From assembly GCA_964452565.1 (NCBI GenBank), contig CAYVLY010000001.1, forward strand, positions 142,638 to 206,637: a stretch of 64,000 nt of DNA, read 5' to 3'. The stretch is from an uncultured Gammaproteobacteria bacterium (lineage in GTDB: Bacteria > Patescibacteriota > Patescibacteriia > UBA9934). Each line of letters opens with the position of its first letter. Position 1 is the stretch's first letter. Below, piece after piece: positions 49,024 to 58,740 of the stretch. The position numbers and the translations under genes are program-made. Under the pieces are notes generated by a model. The model made no database searches and had not been told where the DNA came from. It saw only the letters and a program-made list of their open reading frames with translations.

Positions 49024-50046
49024 ATGATAAACACCGAAGATACTCTAACCTTTTTCACAGACAACTATCAGTTCTTTCTCTGGTTCGGGATCGTGTTCCT
49101 GGCCTTTTATCTTTTTAGATCAATCGTGATCATCAGACTTGTCAAAATCAGCAAGAAAACTACAAACACAATCGATGATGCCGTGGTTGCAGTTCTGAAA
49201 ACGATAAGCTTGCCGTTCGCGCTTGCGATATCGATTCTAGCAGGATTATGGGCAGTTGAAGTATCTGTGATGGGAAGTACTGCATTCTTAGTAATCTGCG
49301 TTTTGATAATCACATATCAGGTTTCACGCGCACTATCAGTATTGCTTGATCACTCTGTTGAAAAACTAGCCGGAAAGGGAAATGTCGCTGCTTTCCAAGG
49401 TCTCAGAACTATTATTAGAATCTTAGTTTGGGTCGGTGGTATTGTATTTTTAATCGGAGCCATGGGATACAACATCACATCAATGGTCGCTGGACTTGGT
49501 ATTGGTGGTATTGCAATCGCTCTTGCAGCACAAAGCATGCTATCTGACATCTTTAGTTCGTTTTCGATTTATTTCGATAAACCGTTTTCTGTGGGAGATA
49601 GCATTATTAACGGCACGCAAGAAGGAACTGTTGAGCGCATTGGACTTAAAACAACACGAATTCGAAGTCCACGAGGTGAGGAAATTGTTATTTCAAACCA
49701 AGCTCTAACCTCTGCGGTTGTCCAAAATCTTGGAAAGATTGAACGTCGACGGTCTGTTGATCTCCTTGGAATTGATTATGCAACACCAAATAAAAAACTT
49801 GAAAATCTGCAGGACGATCTCCGCGAGATCGTAAGTTCCGTAGAGCTGGCTACATTTGATAGGCTCTTCTTTAAAAACTTTGGCGCATCAGCACTTGAGT
49901 GGGAACTTGTTTATCATATAGAGTCTGGTAACTATACAGAATTCCTTACATCAAAGCACAAAATCAACCTGGCGCTTAAACAGTATTTTGAAAAACAAAA
50001 GATCGAACTTGCATACCCCACCCAAACAGTTCACGTCAAAAAATAA
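49024..50046 (+). CDS. mscS: Small-conductance mechanosensitive channel
   Basis: GLGIGGIAIALAAQ, DKPFSVGD, GTVERIGLKTTRIR. Confidence 0.9.
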   Translation: MINTEDTLTFFTDNYQFFLWFGIVFLAFYLFRSIVIIRLVKISKKTTNTIDDAVVAVLKTISLPFALAISILAGLWAVEVSVMGSTAFLVICVLIITYQVSRALSVLLDHSVEKLAGKGNVAAFQGLRTIIRILVWVGGIVFLIGAMGYNITSMVAGLGIGGIAIALAAQSMLSDIFSSFSIYFDKPFSVGDSIINGTQEGTVERIGLKTTRIRSPRGEEIVISNQALTSAVVQNLGKIERRRSVDLLGIDYATPNKKLENLQDDLREIVSSVELATFDRLFFKNFGASALEWELVYHIESGNYTEFLTSKHKINLALKQYFEKQKIELAYPTQTVHVKK

Positions 50047-50052
50047 AGATCT

Positions 50053-50511
50053 ATGCCTCACATCCACGATCTAATTGACTTTACAGTCACTGGATACATC
50101 GTTCACGATGAGAAAGTCTTATTGATTCTTCATAAAAAGCTCGAGCTGTGGCTGCCCCCAGGCGGGCACATAGATCTTGATGAAGACCCTGACCAAGCAG
50201 TTCTAAGAGAAGTCAAGGAAGAGACTGGGCTTGATGTAAATATTCATGGAACTAAATTTGATAGACTATCTGATCGAACCAAGCCGCTTCATACACCTGC
50301 ATTCATGGATATTCACAAAATATCTGATACGCATCAACACATCGGCATGCATTACATCTGCACACCCAAAAACAACTCGAATAAAGCTAATATGAACAAG
50401 GAAGAGGTTTCCGATATGAGATGGTTCACACGTACAGAGATCGAGAATACCAATGACCTCATGCTAGAGGTCAAACAATACGCCCTTAAGGCATTAGATA
50501 AAATATCCTAA
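50053..50511 (+). CDS. NUDIX hydrolase
   Basis: WLPPGGHID.DE.P.QAVLREVKEETG. Confidence 0.9.
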   Translation: MPHIHDLIDFTVTGYIVHDEKVLLILHKKLELWLPPGGHIDLDEDPDQAVLREVKEETGLDVNIHGTKFDRLSDRTKPLHTPAFMDIHKISDTHQHIGMHYICTPKNNSNKANMNKEEVSDMRWFTRTEIENTNDLMLEVKQYALKALDKIS

Positions 50512-50549
50512 CAAAAAAACATCCTCTCGACTTAATCGAAAGGATGTTT

Positions 50550-50681
50550 TTATTTTTCAGCGCTTTCACGTTTTGCAGCTCGAATTGCTTTTGCTTTTCG
50601 TCGCTTTCTCGCTGCTTCTACTCGGCGGTCAGCCTCAATAGCTCGTGCTTTCTTGCGCTTCATTTGTGTCCTATGTGGCAT
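50550..50681 (-). CDS. Small highly basic protein (43 aa, not in the ORF track)
   Basis: MPHRTQMKRKKARAIEADRRVEAARKRRKAKAIRAAKRESAEK; ends at the bidirectional terminator 50513-50551. Confidence 0.6.
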   Translation of the reverse strand: MPHRTQMKRKKARAIEADRRVEAARKRRKAKAIRAAKRESAEK

Positions 50682-50794
50682 ATCTGGTTTGTTCGTGCGA
50701 ATAATAGCGGAATTACCTAATCACGTCAAGGATTAATCATTCTAGACAGAAAGACTCAAAAACGGTAAAACTTTAGTACAAATAAAATGATTTT

Positions 50795-52267
50795 ATGAAA
50801 ATAACAGCACAAAAAGGCGACATTCTAACTCAGGAGGTAGATATAAGGGTTGTAGGTATTTATGAAGGTGAAAATTGGGAAAATGACTTTATCCAACGCC
50901 TGGGCGAGGAAACTGGAGGAAAGCTAAAGATAGGAGCAAAAAAGAAAGAATTCGAAGGTAAGGTTGGGCAACTATTAACTTATTCAGGTCTTCTGATTGT
51001 AGGACTTGGAAAACAAGAAGATCTGGCAAAGTCGATAAGAGAAGTAACTGGACATATTTATCAACAGCTTCAGGCACTTCCTGTCACAAAGGTAGCAATC
51101 GAATTGTTTGGTGAAGATGATGAGAGCTATAATCCAAATGTCACAGGTCAAAAAATCGCCGAGTCCCTACTTCTTGCAGCGTACCAGTTTGATACGTACA
51201 AAAAACCAAAGCAGAAGAACATCCTCGAAGATGTCTTTTTGATTGCCGAGGATGGGCGTGATGCCAATAGAGCCCAAAAAGGAATTGAAAAAGCAGAAAT
51301 GCTCATCGATGGAGTAACAGTAGCACGTGATCTTGTCAATACTCCTGGACAAGACATGAAGCCAACACGACTTGCGCAAACCGCCCAGAAGATCGCAAAA
51401 ATGTCATCAAATATCCGTGTTCGAGTTTACAATCGCGAGCAGATTGAAAAAAAGAACATGAATGCATTCTTAGCTGTTGCTCAAGGATCAGATGCAGCAC
51501 CCCGACTCATTCATCTAATCTACAAGCCTGAAAAATCAAAAAAATCAGTTGCGATAGTTGGTAAAGGTATAACTTTTGATTCAGGTGGTCTTTCGCTGCG
51601 GCCAGCAAAGCCAATGGAAACCATGAAATGTGACATGGCAGGCGCAGCATCGGTACTCGGACTTTTTGCAATACTGGCACGTACTGAACTCAACATAGAA
51701 GTTCATGGAATTATTCCAGCAGCAGAAAACATGCCTTCTGGAAAAGCTATACGCCCAGGAGATATTATTCGAGCTGCTAATAAAAAAACTATTGAAATTT
51801 TAAATACAGACGCTGAAGGCCGCCTATTAATAGCTGATGCGCTAGTCTATGCTCAAAAACAAAAAGCAGACTATGTAGTTGACTTAGCAACCCTGACTGG
51901 CGCATGTATGGTCGCACTTGGAGAGGAAATCGGTGCTATCATGAGTAATGACACTAGACTTTCACAAATGCTCATTGAAAAAGCAGGTGAATCTGACGAA
52001 CATCTTTGGGAAATGCCTCTTTATAACAAGTATTCCGAGCTTCTTGAATCTGATATTGCTGATCTTAGAAATGTATCAACCACTCGATATGGCGGGACCC
52101 TTACAGCAGCACTATTCTTAAAAGAATTCATCAATAAGGATCAGAAGTGGGCACATATTGATATAGCTGGTCCTGCATTTGCTGAGAAACCAATATCGTC
52201 ATACTTAGGAAAAGGCGGGACTGGATTTGGAGTACGAACACTTCTCGGTTGGATCGAATCGTTGTAG
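50795..52267 (+). CDS. pepA: Leucyl aminopeptidase (M17)
   Basis: VGKGITFDSGG, MKCDMAGAA, NTDAEGRL, DLATLTGA, WAHIDIAG. Confidence 0.95.
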   Translation: MKITAQKGDILTQEVDIRVVGIYEGENWENDFIQRLGEETGGKLKIGAKKKEFEGKVGQLLTYSGLLIVGLGKQEDLAKSIREVTGHIYQQLQALPVTKVAIELFGEDDESYNPNVTGQKIAESLLLAAYQFDTYKKPKQKNILEDVFLIAEDGRDANRAQKGIEKAEMLIDGVTVARDLVNTPGQDMKPTRLAQTAQKIAKMSSNIRVRVYNREQIEKKNMNAFLAVAQGSDAAPRLIHLIYKPEKSKKSVAIVGKGITFDSGGLSLRPAKPMETMKCDMAGAASVLGLFAILARTELNIEVHGIIPAAENMPSGKAIRPGDIIRAANKKTIEILNTDAEGRLLIADALVYAQKQKADYVVDLATLTGACMVALGEEIGAIMSNDTRLSQMLIEKAGESDEHLWEMPLYNKYSELLESDIADLRNVSTTRYGGTLTAALFLKEFINKDQKWAHIDIAGPAFAEKPISSYLGKGGTGFGVRTLLGWIESL

Positions 52268-52278
52268 AATTATCTCAT

Positions 52279-52509
52279 ATGAAAACAACAATCTATTCAA
52301 CTCCAACATGTCCATACTGTAAGCACGTAAAAGAATTTTTCGATCAACACAATGTAGAGTACGAAGAGATTGATGTATCAGCAGACCACGAAAAGGCACA
52401 AGAGATGATTCATAAATCAGGACAAATGGGCGTGCCAGTTATCGAAATCGGAGAGGATGTAGTAGTAGGATTTGATAAAGCAAAGCTTAAAGAACTACTC
52501 AATATCTAA
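52279..52509 (+). CDS. Glutaredoxin-like protein (NrdH/YruB type)
   Basis: YSTPTCPYC, SGQMGVPVI, VGFD. Confidence 0.9.
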   Translation: MKTTIYSTPTCPYCKHVKEFFDQHNVEYEEIDVSADHEKAQEMIHKSGQMGVPVIEIGEDVVVGFDKAKLKELLNI

Positions 52510-52597
52510 GTAAAAAACCGCTGCAAGGCGGTTTTTAGTTTGTACAATTTAATCAAAATTTGATAAAACAAACCTAGTTTGCGCAAAGGAGGTTACC

Positions 52598-52816
52598 ATG
52601 TCGCAACGCGAGCCCATCACAGAGCTACGGATCAATCTGGTCGGTGAGACACTAATCACCCGCACCAGCTCCATGGAGATCGGCGTGATCATGCGTCAGA
52701 GGCTTGTGGAGCAGGGCAATATCTACGTCCACACTGACAAAGGCAGGATCGAGATCTACATCGTGTCCATGGAGCAGGAGGGTGGGGTACTCACTATTGG
52801 TGGCTACAAGTGCTAG
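52598..52816 (+). CDS. Small hypothetical protein, GC-rich
   Basis: AAGGAGG SD, 72 aa, downstream hairpin CCGCCC-actt-cGGGCGG. Confidence 0.6.
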   Translation: MSQREPITELRINLVGETLITRTSSMEIGVIMRQRLVEQGNIYVHTDKGRIEIYIVSMEQEGGVLTIGGYKC

Positions 52817-52901
52817 CCTGTCCACGTTTTTCGTCTCAACCGCCCACTTCGGGCGGTTATAGCTTTACAAAAATATCATTAATGCTAGTATAAATTTGCT
52901 T

Positions 52902-53120
52902 TTCGGGAACTCTCGATCTGCCGCCTGACACTGATGTCGGGACGAACCTATGGAGGTAATAAAACGAATGATGGAATATCGTTCTGCGGTGGGTCCCCTC
53001 ACCGCGTGGTGGGATACCAGCGCCCACTAGCGCCACGTGCTTCGCCGATGCGGCTACGTCACCTCTGTACGTACCCGCAACACCACCCTCGAATCGGGCC
53101 CCGCCAGCTACTGGCGGGGC
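52902..53120 (+). ncRNA. Candidate structured ncRNA (about 200 nt) with pseudoknot
   Basis: GC-rich intergenic tract with nested helices, an upstream promoter-like sequence and a 3' hairpin. Confidence 0.55.
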
Positions 53121-53172
53121 ACTGCTTTTCAAAAACAAAACACCACTCGATAATCTTGAGCAGTGTTTTTAT

Positions 53173-53526
53173 CTATGCAGCGCGTTTATGAAGGTCGTAC
53201 TGGTCTTTCAACATCTCTTCATGCTCCTTAGCACCACGCATGAACTCCTCGGCTTTTAACTCATCCATCTCAGCGACCTGTCGCTTATGTTCTAGCTCAC
53301 GAGCCTTCCACTCTGCATGAACTTGCTCTGCCAACTTTTTTATCCTAATCCTTGTAGCCCGATCCCGAATCTTATAATTATTAAGCGCAGTCCATATGTG
53401 CTGGACACCGGTATGGGCTTTTCTCAAATCCCACGCCTCTTGAATCACTGCGCCATAATCATCTAAATCACGTTCGCGCTGTGATCTTCTACTCTCTGGA
53501 ACATCTCTGCGAACCTCAAATGACAT
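53173..53526 (-). CDS. Hypothetical protein
   Basis: 117 aa, coupled to ahpC. Confidence 0.55.
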   Translation of the reverse strand: MSFEVRRDVPESRRSQRERDLDDYGAVIQEAWDLRKAHTGVQHIWTALNNYKIRDRATRIRIKKLAEQVHAEWKARELEHKRQVAEMDELKAEEFMRGAKEHEEMLKDQYDLHKRAA

Positions 53527-53529
53527 ACA

Positions 53530-54054
53530 TTACGCCTTACCAAGTGTCTCCTTATTCTCATCCCACTCCATTGGGCATAAATCTCCGGTCTCCAGCGCCT
53601 TCAGAACTCTAAGTGTCTCAGATGCTGATCGACCAACATTTCCAGCAGATACAACAATATACTTCACAACACCCTCAGGACTAATCAAAAACAGCCCACG
53701 CTCGGCAAGTCCTTCATCTTCATTATAAACTTGATAATCCTTTGATATTTGATGCGTAACGTCAGCCAATATCGGATACTTAACATTTGGCAAGTCAGCT
53801 TCAAACCATGCCTTGTGCGACCACTCTGAATCAGTAGATGCAGCAATAATCTCACAATTTAGATTTCTAAATTCCTCAGCGTGCTTTGCAAAACCCTTTA
53901 ACTCAGTAGGGCATACAAAAGTAAAATCTCGTGGGTAAAAAAACAAAGCTACCCATTTCCCCTTGTAATCAGAGAGGCTGATCTTTTTAAACTCTCCTTG
54001 ATGATACGCCATGACATTATTAAACTCTGGCGCCTTGGATTCTAATTGAATCAT
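53530..54054 (-). CDS. ahpC: 2-Cys peroxiredoxin
   Basis: FFYPRDFTFVCPTE, STDSEWSHKAW, LCPMEW. Confidence 0.93.
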   Translation of the reverse strand: MIQLESKAPEFNNVMAYHQGEFKKISLSDYKGKWVALFFYPRDFTFVCPTELKGFAKHAEEFRNLNCEIIAASTDSEWSHKAWFEADLPNVKYPILADVTHQISKDYQVYNEDEGLAERGLFLISPEGVVKYIVVSAGNVGRSASETLRVLKALETGDLCPMEWDENKETLGKA

Positions 54055-54121
54055 AGATGAAGGTTGTAAAGGGTTAAAAAGTGATAAAAGGAAAATTCAA
54101 TCAAAGGCAACTTACCCTATT

Positions 54122-54745
54122 TTATCGGATAACACCCCTCCACTTCAAGAACATCTCGTTTGCTTTATTCCAGTCCATGTTTTTCCAAAATGCTTCGATA
54201 TAGGCCTTTCGATCTGAGCCATGATCGATAAAGTATGCATGCTCAAAGACATCAAGCGCAAAGATCGGCAAGCATCCCCAGGTTCCACCCTCATCATGCG
54301 TATCACATCCATAAACCTTAAGTCGTCCAATCTGAACATCCCAGGAAAGTACAACCCATCCACGCATTGCCATTGCGCTTTCTGTAAAGTACTTTTTGAA
54401 ATTTCCAAATGAATCCCACTTAGCAACAATGGCATCGATCAGTTCATTCTCTGGCACCTGACCGTCACCTCCCAGGACATTGAAATAGTACTCATGTAAG
54501 TAGGCACCATTGGTTGCAAAGGTCTCCCCACAACGAAGTGCGCGTAACTCTGAATAAGTCTGATTGCCAGCCGCCTCACGCTCAGCGTGTGAGATCTCGG
54601 CCAGCTTTCCATCGATCTCATTCATCTTATCAACATATCCAACATAGAGTTTATCATGATGAATATCGATTGTTTTTTTAGAAATCCCATACAACTCACC
54701 TGAAAAAGGCAAATTATCAGGACTATACTCTTTGATAGTAGCCAT
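54122..54745 (-). CDS. Fe/Mn superoxide dismutase
   Basis: HHDKLY.GY, NGAYLHEYYF, LDVFEHAYFID. Confidence 0.88.
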   Translation of the reverse strand: MATIKEYSPDNLPFSGELYGISKKTIDIHHDKLYVGYVDKMNEIDGKLAEISHAEREAAGNQTYSELRALRCGETFATNGAYLHEYYFNVLGGDGQVPENELIDAIVAKWDSFGNFKKYFTESAMAMRGWVVLSWDVQIGRLKVYGCDTHDEGGTWGCLPIFALDVFEHAYFIDHGSDRKAYIEAFWKNMDWNKANEMFLKWRGVIR

Positions 54746-54852
54746 ATTAAATTTTCACGATTAAATCAAGGTTATAGTATACTAAAGGACGTCTGCACTT
54801 GCAAAATTAAAAAAAGTGAGTAAAGATAGCGCAAAATTCATTTATTAACAGT

Positions 54853-56025
54853 ATGACAAAACAACAGAAACAAACCCTTATTTACACCTTAATCTTTGTT
54901 CTAGTAATTGCGGCAATGTTTGGGATTCGAGCCTGGAGAATGGCTGCAGTTGAATCGTATCTGGAAACTGCTGAGCTAGATAATGGACTTCTTACTGAGG
55001 TGATTAGTTACGATGGAGAAAAGTATCTTGTACCTCCAACAGACATATATGATGCGACTGAGCTTCCTGCGCTGACTGAACCAACGTTCGACGATGTATA
55101 CACAGCGGATGCATATCTTGCCGATGATGTAGAGGGAATTGACATTGAAGTTAACGGCGAGCATCGATTTTATTCTTATCAAATTTTGAACTGGCACGAG
55201 GTTGTACAAGATTCCTTCAATGGAGTTGATCTAACAATCACGCATTGTGCTTTATGTAAGAGTTCTGCAGTTTATGAATCAGCTCTCGATGGTGAGGATC
55301 TCGAACTCGAAAACGCTGGGAAGATTTACAACAATAATCAACTTCTTGAATCTTCAGACGGATCTTTATGGCTGCAACTTCGAGGAACTGCGATCTCAGG
55401 AAAACATGTTGGAGAACAACTAAACGAGTATCCATTTAATATTATGACATGGGGCGACTGGAAGGAAATCTATCCTGACGGATATGCACTTTCAACTGAT
55501 ACTCGACATGTTAGAGATTATGGCATGCACCCATATCAAAACTATGATGAGGCCTCAATCATTTATTATCCTATAAGTTCTGACTCTGAGTACCTTGGAG
55601 CTAAGTGGAAAGTTGATGGTCTAGAGATTAATGGAGAAGCAATAGCATTTGCTAATGAAGTCATGCTGGGAATGATTGTCGCAAATGAGACTGTCGGTGA
55701 AATGAACATAGTGGGCTTCTACCACGAAACACTTGAAACAACAGCTGTGTATCTTTCAGACGTTGATGATCAGACTCTAACATTTACCTATGATTGGGAT
55801 ACCCAAACTATGTTTGATGATCAAACAGGTTCAGAGTGGAATGTGAATGGTTATTCTATTGATGGCGAACTTGCTGGCACACAATTAGATCGAGTACAAA
55901 CTAAACCAAGCTTCTGGATGTGTTGGTATTCACAGTACACAGACTCTGTTGTAGCACTAGTCGAGATCGAGTCTACTGAAAATGAGGGCGAAGAATCTGC
56001 CGAAGAAAATCAAGATGAAGAATAA
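54853..56025 (+). CDS. DUF3179-family protein
   Basis: ILNWHEVVQD, THCALCKS, DDQTGSEW...G..IDGELAG..L. Confidence 0.75.
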   Translation: MTKQQKQTLIYTLIFVLVIAAMFGIRAWRMAAVESYLETAELDNGLLTEVISYDGEKYLVPPTDIYDATELPALTEPTFDDVYTADAYLADDVEGIDIEVNGEHRFYSYQILNWHEVVQDSFNGVDLTITHCALCKSSAVYESALDGEDLELENAGKIYNNNQLLESSDGSLWLQLRGTAISGKHVGEQLNEYPFNIMTWGDWKEIYPDGYALSTDTRHVRDYGMHPYQNYDEASIIYYPISSDSEYLGAKWKVDGLEINGEAIAFANEVMLGMIVANETVGEMNIVGFYHETLETTAVYLSDVDDQTLTFTYDWDTQTMFDDQTGSEWNVNGYSIDGELAGTQLDRVQTKPSFWMCWYSQYTDSVVALVEIESTENEGEESAEENQDEE

Positions 56026-56689
56026 AGGCGCACTTTATATAGTAGGAACACCAATCGGAAACCTCAGTGATATATCTGAGCGTGCTATTGAGACTCTCAA
56101 GGCTGTTGATTTGATTGCCTGCGAGGATACGCGTGTCACCAAAAAGTTGCTTTCGAACTACTCGATCGATACGCCAACAATCTCCTATCACCAACACTCA
56201 GATGATAAGAAGCTTGCTGATTTGATTAAAAAGCTGCAAAGCGGATCATCGATCGCGCTTGTTACTGATGCTGGCACTCCAGGGCTATCTGATCCTGGAG
56301 GAAAGCTTGTAGAGGCCGCAGTTCAATCAGAGATCGAAATCGTGCCCATACCAGGAGTATCGGCACTCACAACAGCACTAAGCATAAGTGGATTCCCAAC
56401 AGACAAGTTCACGTTCATGGGTTTCCCACCAAACAAAAAGGGAAGAAAAACGTACTTTGATCTAATCAATAAGACTGATCAAACCGTCGCTCTGTACGAA
56501 TCAAAACACCGAATTGTCAAAACACTAGAGCAACTACCTCAGGACCGAATAACAATGGTAGGCCGCGAACTAACAAAGATGCATGAACAGATCTACCGTG
56601 GAACAGCATCGGAAATTACTGAACAGCTCAATCAAACATCAACAAAAGGCGAATTTGTAATCGTCCTAGCACCAAAAAAATATGAATAA
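56015..56689 (+). CDS. rsmI: 16S rRNA C1402 2'-O-methyltransferase
   Basis: LYIVGTPIGNL.DIS.RA, CEDTR, DAGTPGLSDPG, RELTKMHE. Confidence 0.95.
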   Translation: MKNKGALYIVGTPIGNLSDISERAIETLKAVDLIACEDTRVTKKLLSNYSIDTPTISYHQHSDDKKLADLIKKLQSGSSIALVTDAGTPGLSDPGGKLVEAAVQSEIEIVPIPGVSALTTALSISGFPTDKFTFMGFPPNKKGRKTYFDLINKTDQTVALYESKHRIVKTLEQLPQDRITMVGRELTKMHEQIYRGTASEITEQLNQTSTKGEFVIVLAPKKYE

Positions 56690-58133
56690 GTTCTACATTA
56701 CAACAGCAATTCCTTATGTGAATGCCAGTCCCCACATCGGATTTGCTTTAGAGCTCATTCAAACTGATGCCGCAGCGCGATACTGGCGAACACAACTCGG
56801 AGATGAAAATATTCATGCCTTGACTGGATCAGATGAGAACAGTCTTAAGAATGTTCAAGCAGCAGAGGCTGCAGGTGAAGATGTTAATTCATTTGTTGAG
56901 CGACATGCTGAAGAGTTTAAGTCACTTGGTGGGCTTTTGAACTTGTCTTTTGATGATTTTATACGCACACGTGAAGATCGACATATTGATGGAGCTCAGA
57001 AACTTTGGAGCGCTTGCAAGCCAGAAGACATTTACAAAAAATCATATAAAGGACTTTACTGCGTTGGATGCGAGACTTTCTACACTGAAAAGGAATGTCC
57101 TGAGAAAGTCTGTCCTGAGCATAAGAAGCCGCTTGAAGTAATCGAAGAGGAAAACTATTTCTTCAAGCTATCGAACTATCAAAAGCAACTTGAAGAACTT
57201 ATAGAGTCAGATACGCTCAAGATAGTCCCAGAATCGCGCAAAAACGAGGTTTTAAGCTTTATTGAAGGCGGACTTGAGGATTTCTCCATCTCACGCTCTC
57301 AAGAGCGTGCAAAGCACTGGGGCGTTAATGTTCCAGGAGATGATTCACAAGTAATGTATGTATGGTTTGATGCTTTAAGTAACTACATTACAGCACTTGA
57401 CTATCAGAATGAAGGTGATCTATATCAGAAATACTGGACTGCAGATGACGTTAGAAAATCACATGTGATTGGAAAGGGAATACTGCGATTCCATGCTGTG
57501 TACTGGCCCGCAATGTTACTTTCTGCAGGGCTTCCACTCCCAGATGAAATCTTTGTGCATGGCTACATCACGGTTGAAGGTGAGAAGATATCAAAATCAT
57601 TACAAAACGGAATTCATCCAATAGTACTTGTTGATGACTTTGGAGTTGATGCAGTTCGATATTTCTTTTTGCGTGAGATCCCATCACATGGCGACGGAGA
57701 CTTTTCTATTACTCGAATGGAAGAACGCTATGCAGAACTTGCAAACCAACTCGGAAACCTTGTAAGCCGCGTCGCTGCAATGTCGAACAAGTACTTCGAG
57801 GGTAAGCTAGATAAGACCGACAAAGACTGGAGCAAGGTCGAGGGCGATTTACAGAATCTGATCGAAGAGTATGACTTCAAGAAATACCTTGAACGTGTTT
57901 TTGAAGTTATTTCAGATTCAAATGAACTAATCGATAAAAAAGAACCTTACAAACTTGTAAAAGAGGACGAGGCAGCAGCAAAAGCAGTTCTAAGTGAACT
58001 GGTAGCAAACATCCGATTCATTGGAAAAGCACTTTCACCAATCATCCCAGAAGCAGCGCAAGAAATTCTAAATCGCTACGAAGGTGATACAATACTTACA
58101 GGCGACCCTCTTTTCCCACGCCGCGATAACTAG
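56682..58133 (+). CDS. metG: Methionine--tRNA ligase
   Basis: YITTAIPYVN..PHIGF, YVWFDAL.NY, GKGILRFH, KISKS. Confidence 0.95.
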   Translation: MNKFYITTAIPYVNASPHIGFALELIQTDAAARYWRTQLGDENIHALTGSDENSLKNVQAAEAAGEDVNSFVERHAEEFKSLGGLLNLSFDDFIRTREDRHIDGAQKLWSACKPEDIYKKSYKGLYCVGCETFYTEKECPEKVCPEHKKPLEVIEEENYFFKLSNYQKQLEELIESDTLKIVPESRKNEVLSFIEGGLEDFSISRSQERAKHWGVNVPGDDSQVMYVWFDALSNYITALDYQNEGDLYQKYWTADDVRKSHVIGKGILRFHAVYWPAMLLSAGLPLPDEIFVHGYITVEGEKISKSLQNGIHPIVLVDDFGVDAVRYFFLREIPSHGDGDFSITRMEERYAELANQLGNLVSRVAAMSNKYFEGKLDKTDKDWSKVEGDLQNLIEEYDFKKYLERVFEVISDSNELIDKKEPYKLVKEDEAAAKAVLSELVANIRFIGKALSPIIPEAAQEILNRYEGDTILTGDPLFPRRDN

Positions 58134-58140
58134 ATCAAAA

Positions 58141-58220
58141 TCCCCTCCATCTCCCCCTTCGTAAGGGGGAGGGACCAGATCTAGCCCCCTCCTTACGAAG
58201 GAGGGGGCTAGGGGAGGTTT
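58141..58220. repeat. Inverted dimer of family-A REP-like elements
   Basis: CTCCCCCTT-cgt-AAGGGGGAG ... CCCCCTCCTT-acg-AAGGAGGGGG-CTAGGGGAGGTT. Confidence 0.8.
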
Positions 58221-58249
58221 CTAAATTAAACATTCGATATTATTCACAT

Positions 58250-58738
58250 ATGACCTTCACACTCACTGATCTCGTGCTGATCGCAATCGCGGCGCTTTTC
58301 ATTCTCGCTGGACTCTACCATGGCTTTATCAGAACGCTTGGAAGTCTAGTAGGACTTATCGGCGGAATTTTTGTAGCCATCTTTGGAATACAATGGCTCG
58401 ATACGATCTGGCCTATAAGTGATTATGCTGTCGCGCAAGTGATTGTGTTCATCATAATACTTGCGATAGCTAGTCAATTGATAGGCTGGTTATTCGAACT
58501 CCTCGACAGAGCATATAAACTTCTTACAATTATCCCGTTTGTTTCAGGAATCAATAAACTTCTCGGAGGAATCCTTGGTGTTCTTGAGGCCTTTGTGGTT
58601 CTTTCAGGAATCATCTATTACACAACTGACCAGCTAGCAGAAGGATGGTTGCAAGATGTTATCCTTGGATCACAAGTCGTAAACTGGCTCTCCTGGACAG
58701 GGAACTGGATTATGTGGATAGTCGGGTTGTTTATATAA
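58250..58738 (+). CDS. cvpA: CvpA-family membrane protein
   Basis: GLYHGFIRTLGSLVGLI, INKLLGGILG. Confidence 0.8.
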   Translation: MTFTLTDLVLIAIAALFILAGLYHGFIRTLGSLVGLIGGIFVAIFGIQWLDTIWPISDYAVAQVIVFIIILAIASQLIGWLFELLDRAYKLLTIIPFVSGINKLLGGILGVLEAFVVLSGIIYYTTDQLAEGWLQDVILGSQVVNWLSWTGNWIMWIVGLFI

Positions 58739-58740
58739 TT

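Noticed and set aside
52857-53191. ORFs 52857..53138 and 52934..53191; also tmRNA, RNase P or glmS identity
   Set aside because: The peptides look non-protein-like and overlap a structured tract; the diagnostic motifs of those RNAs are missing.
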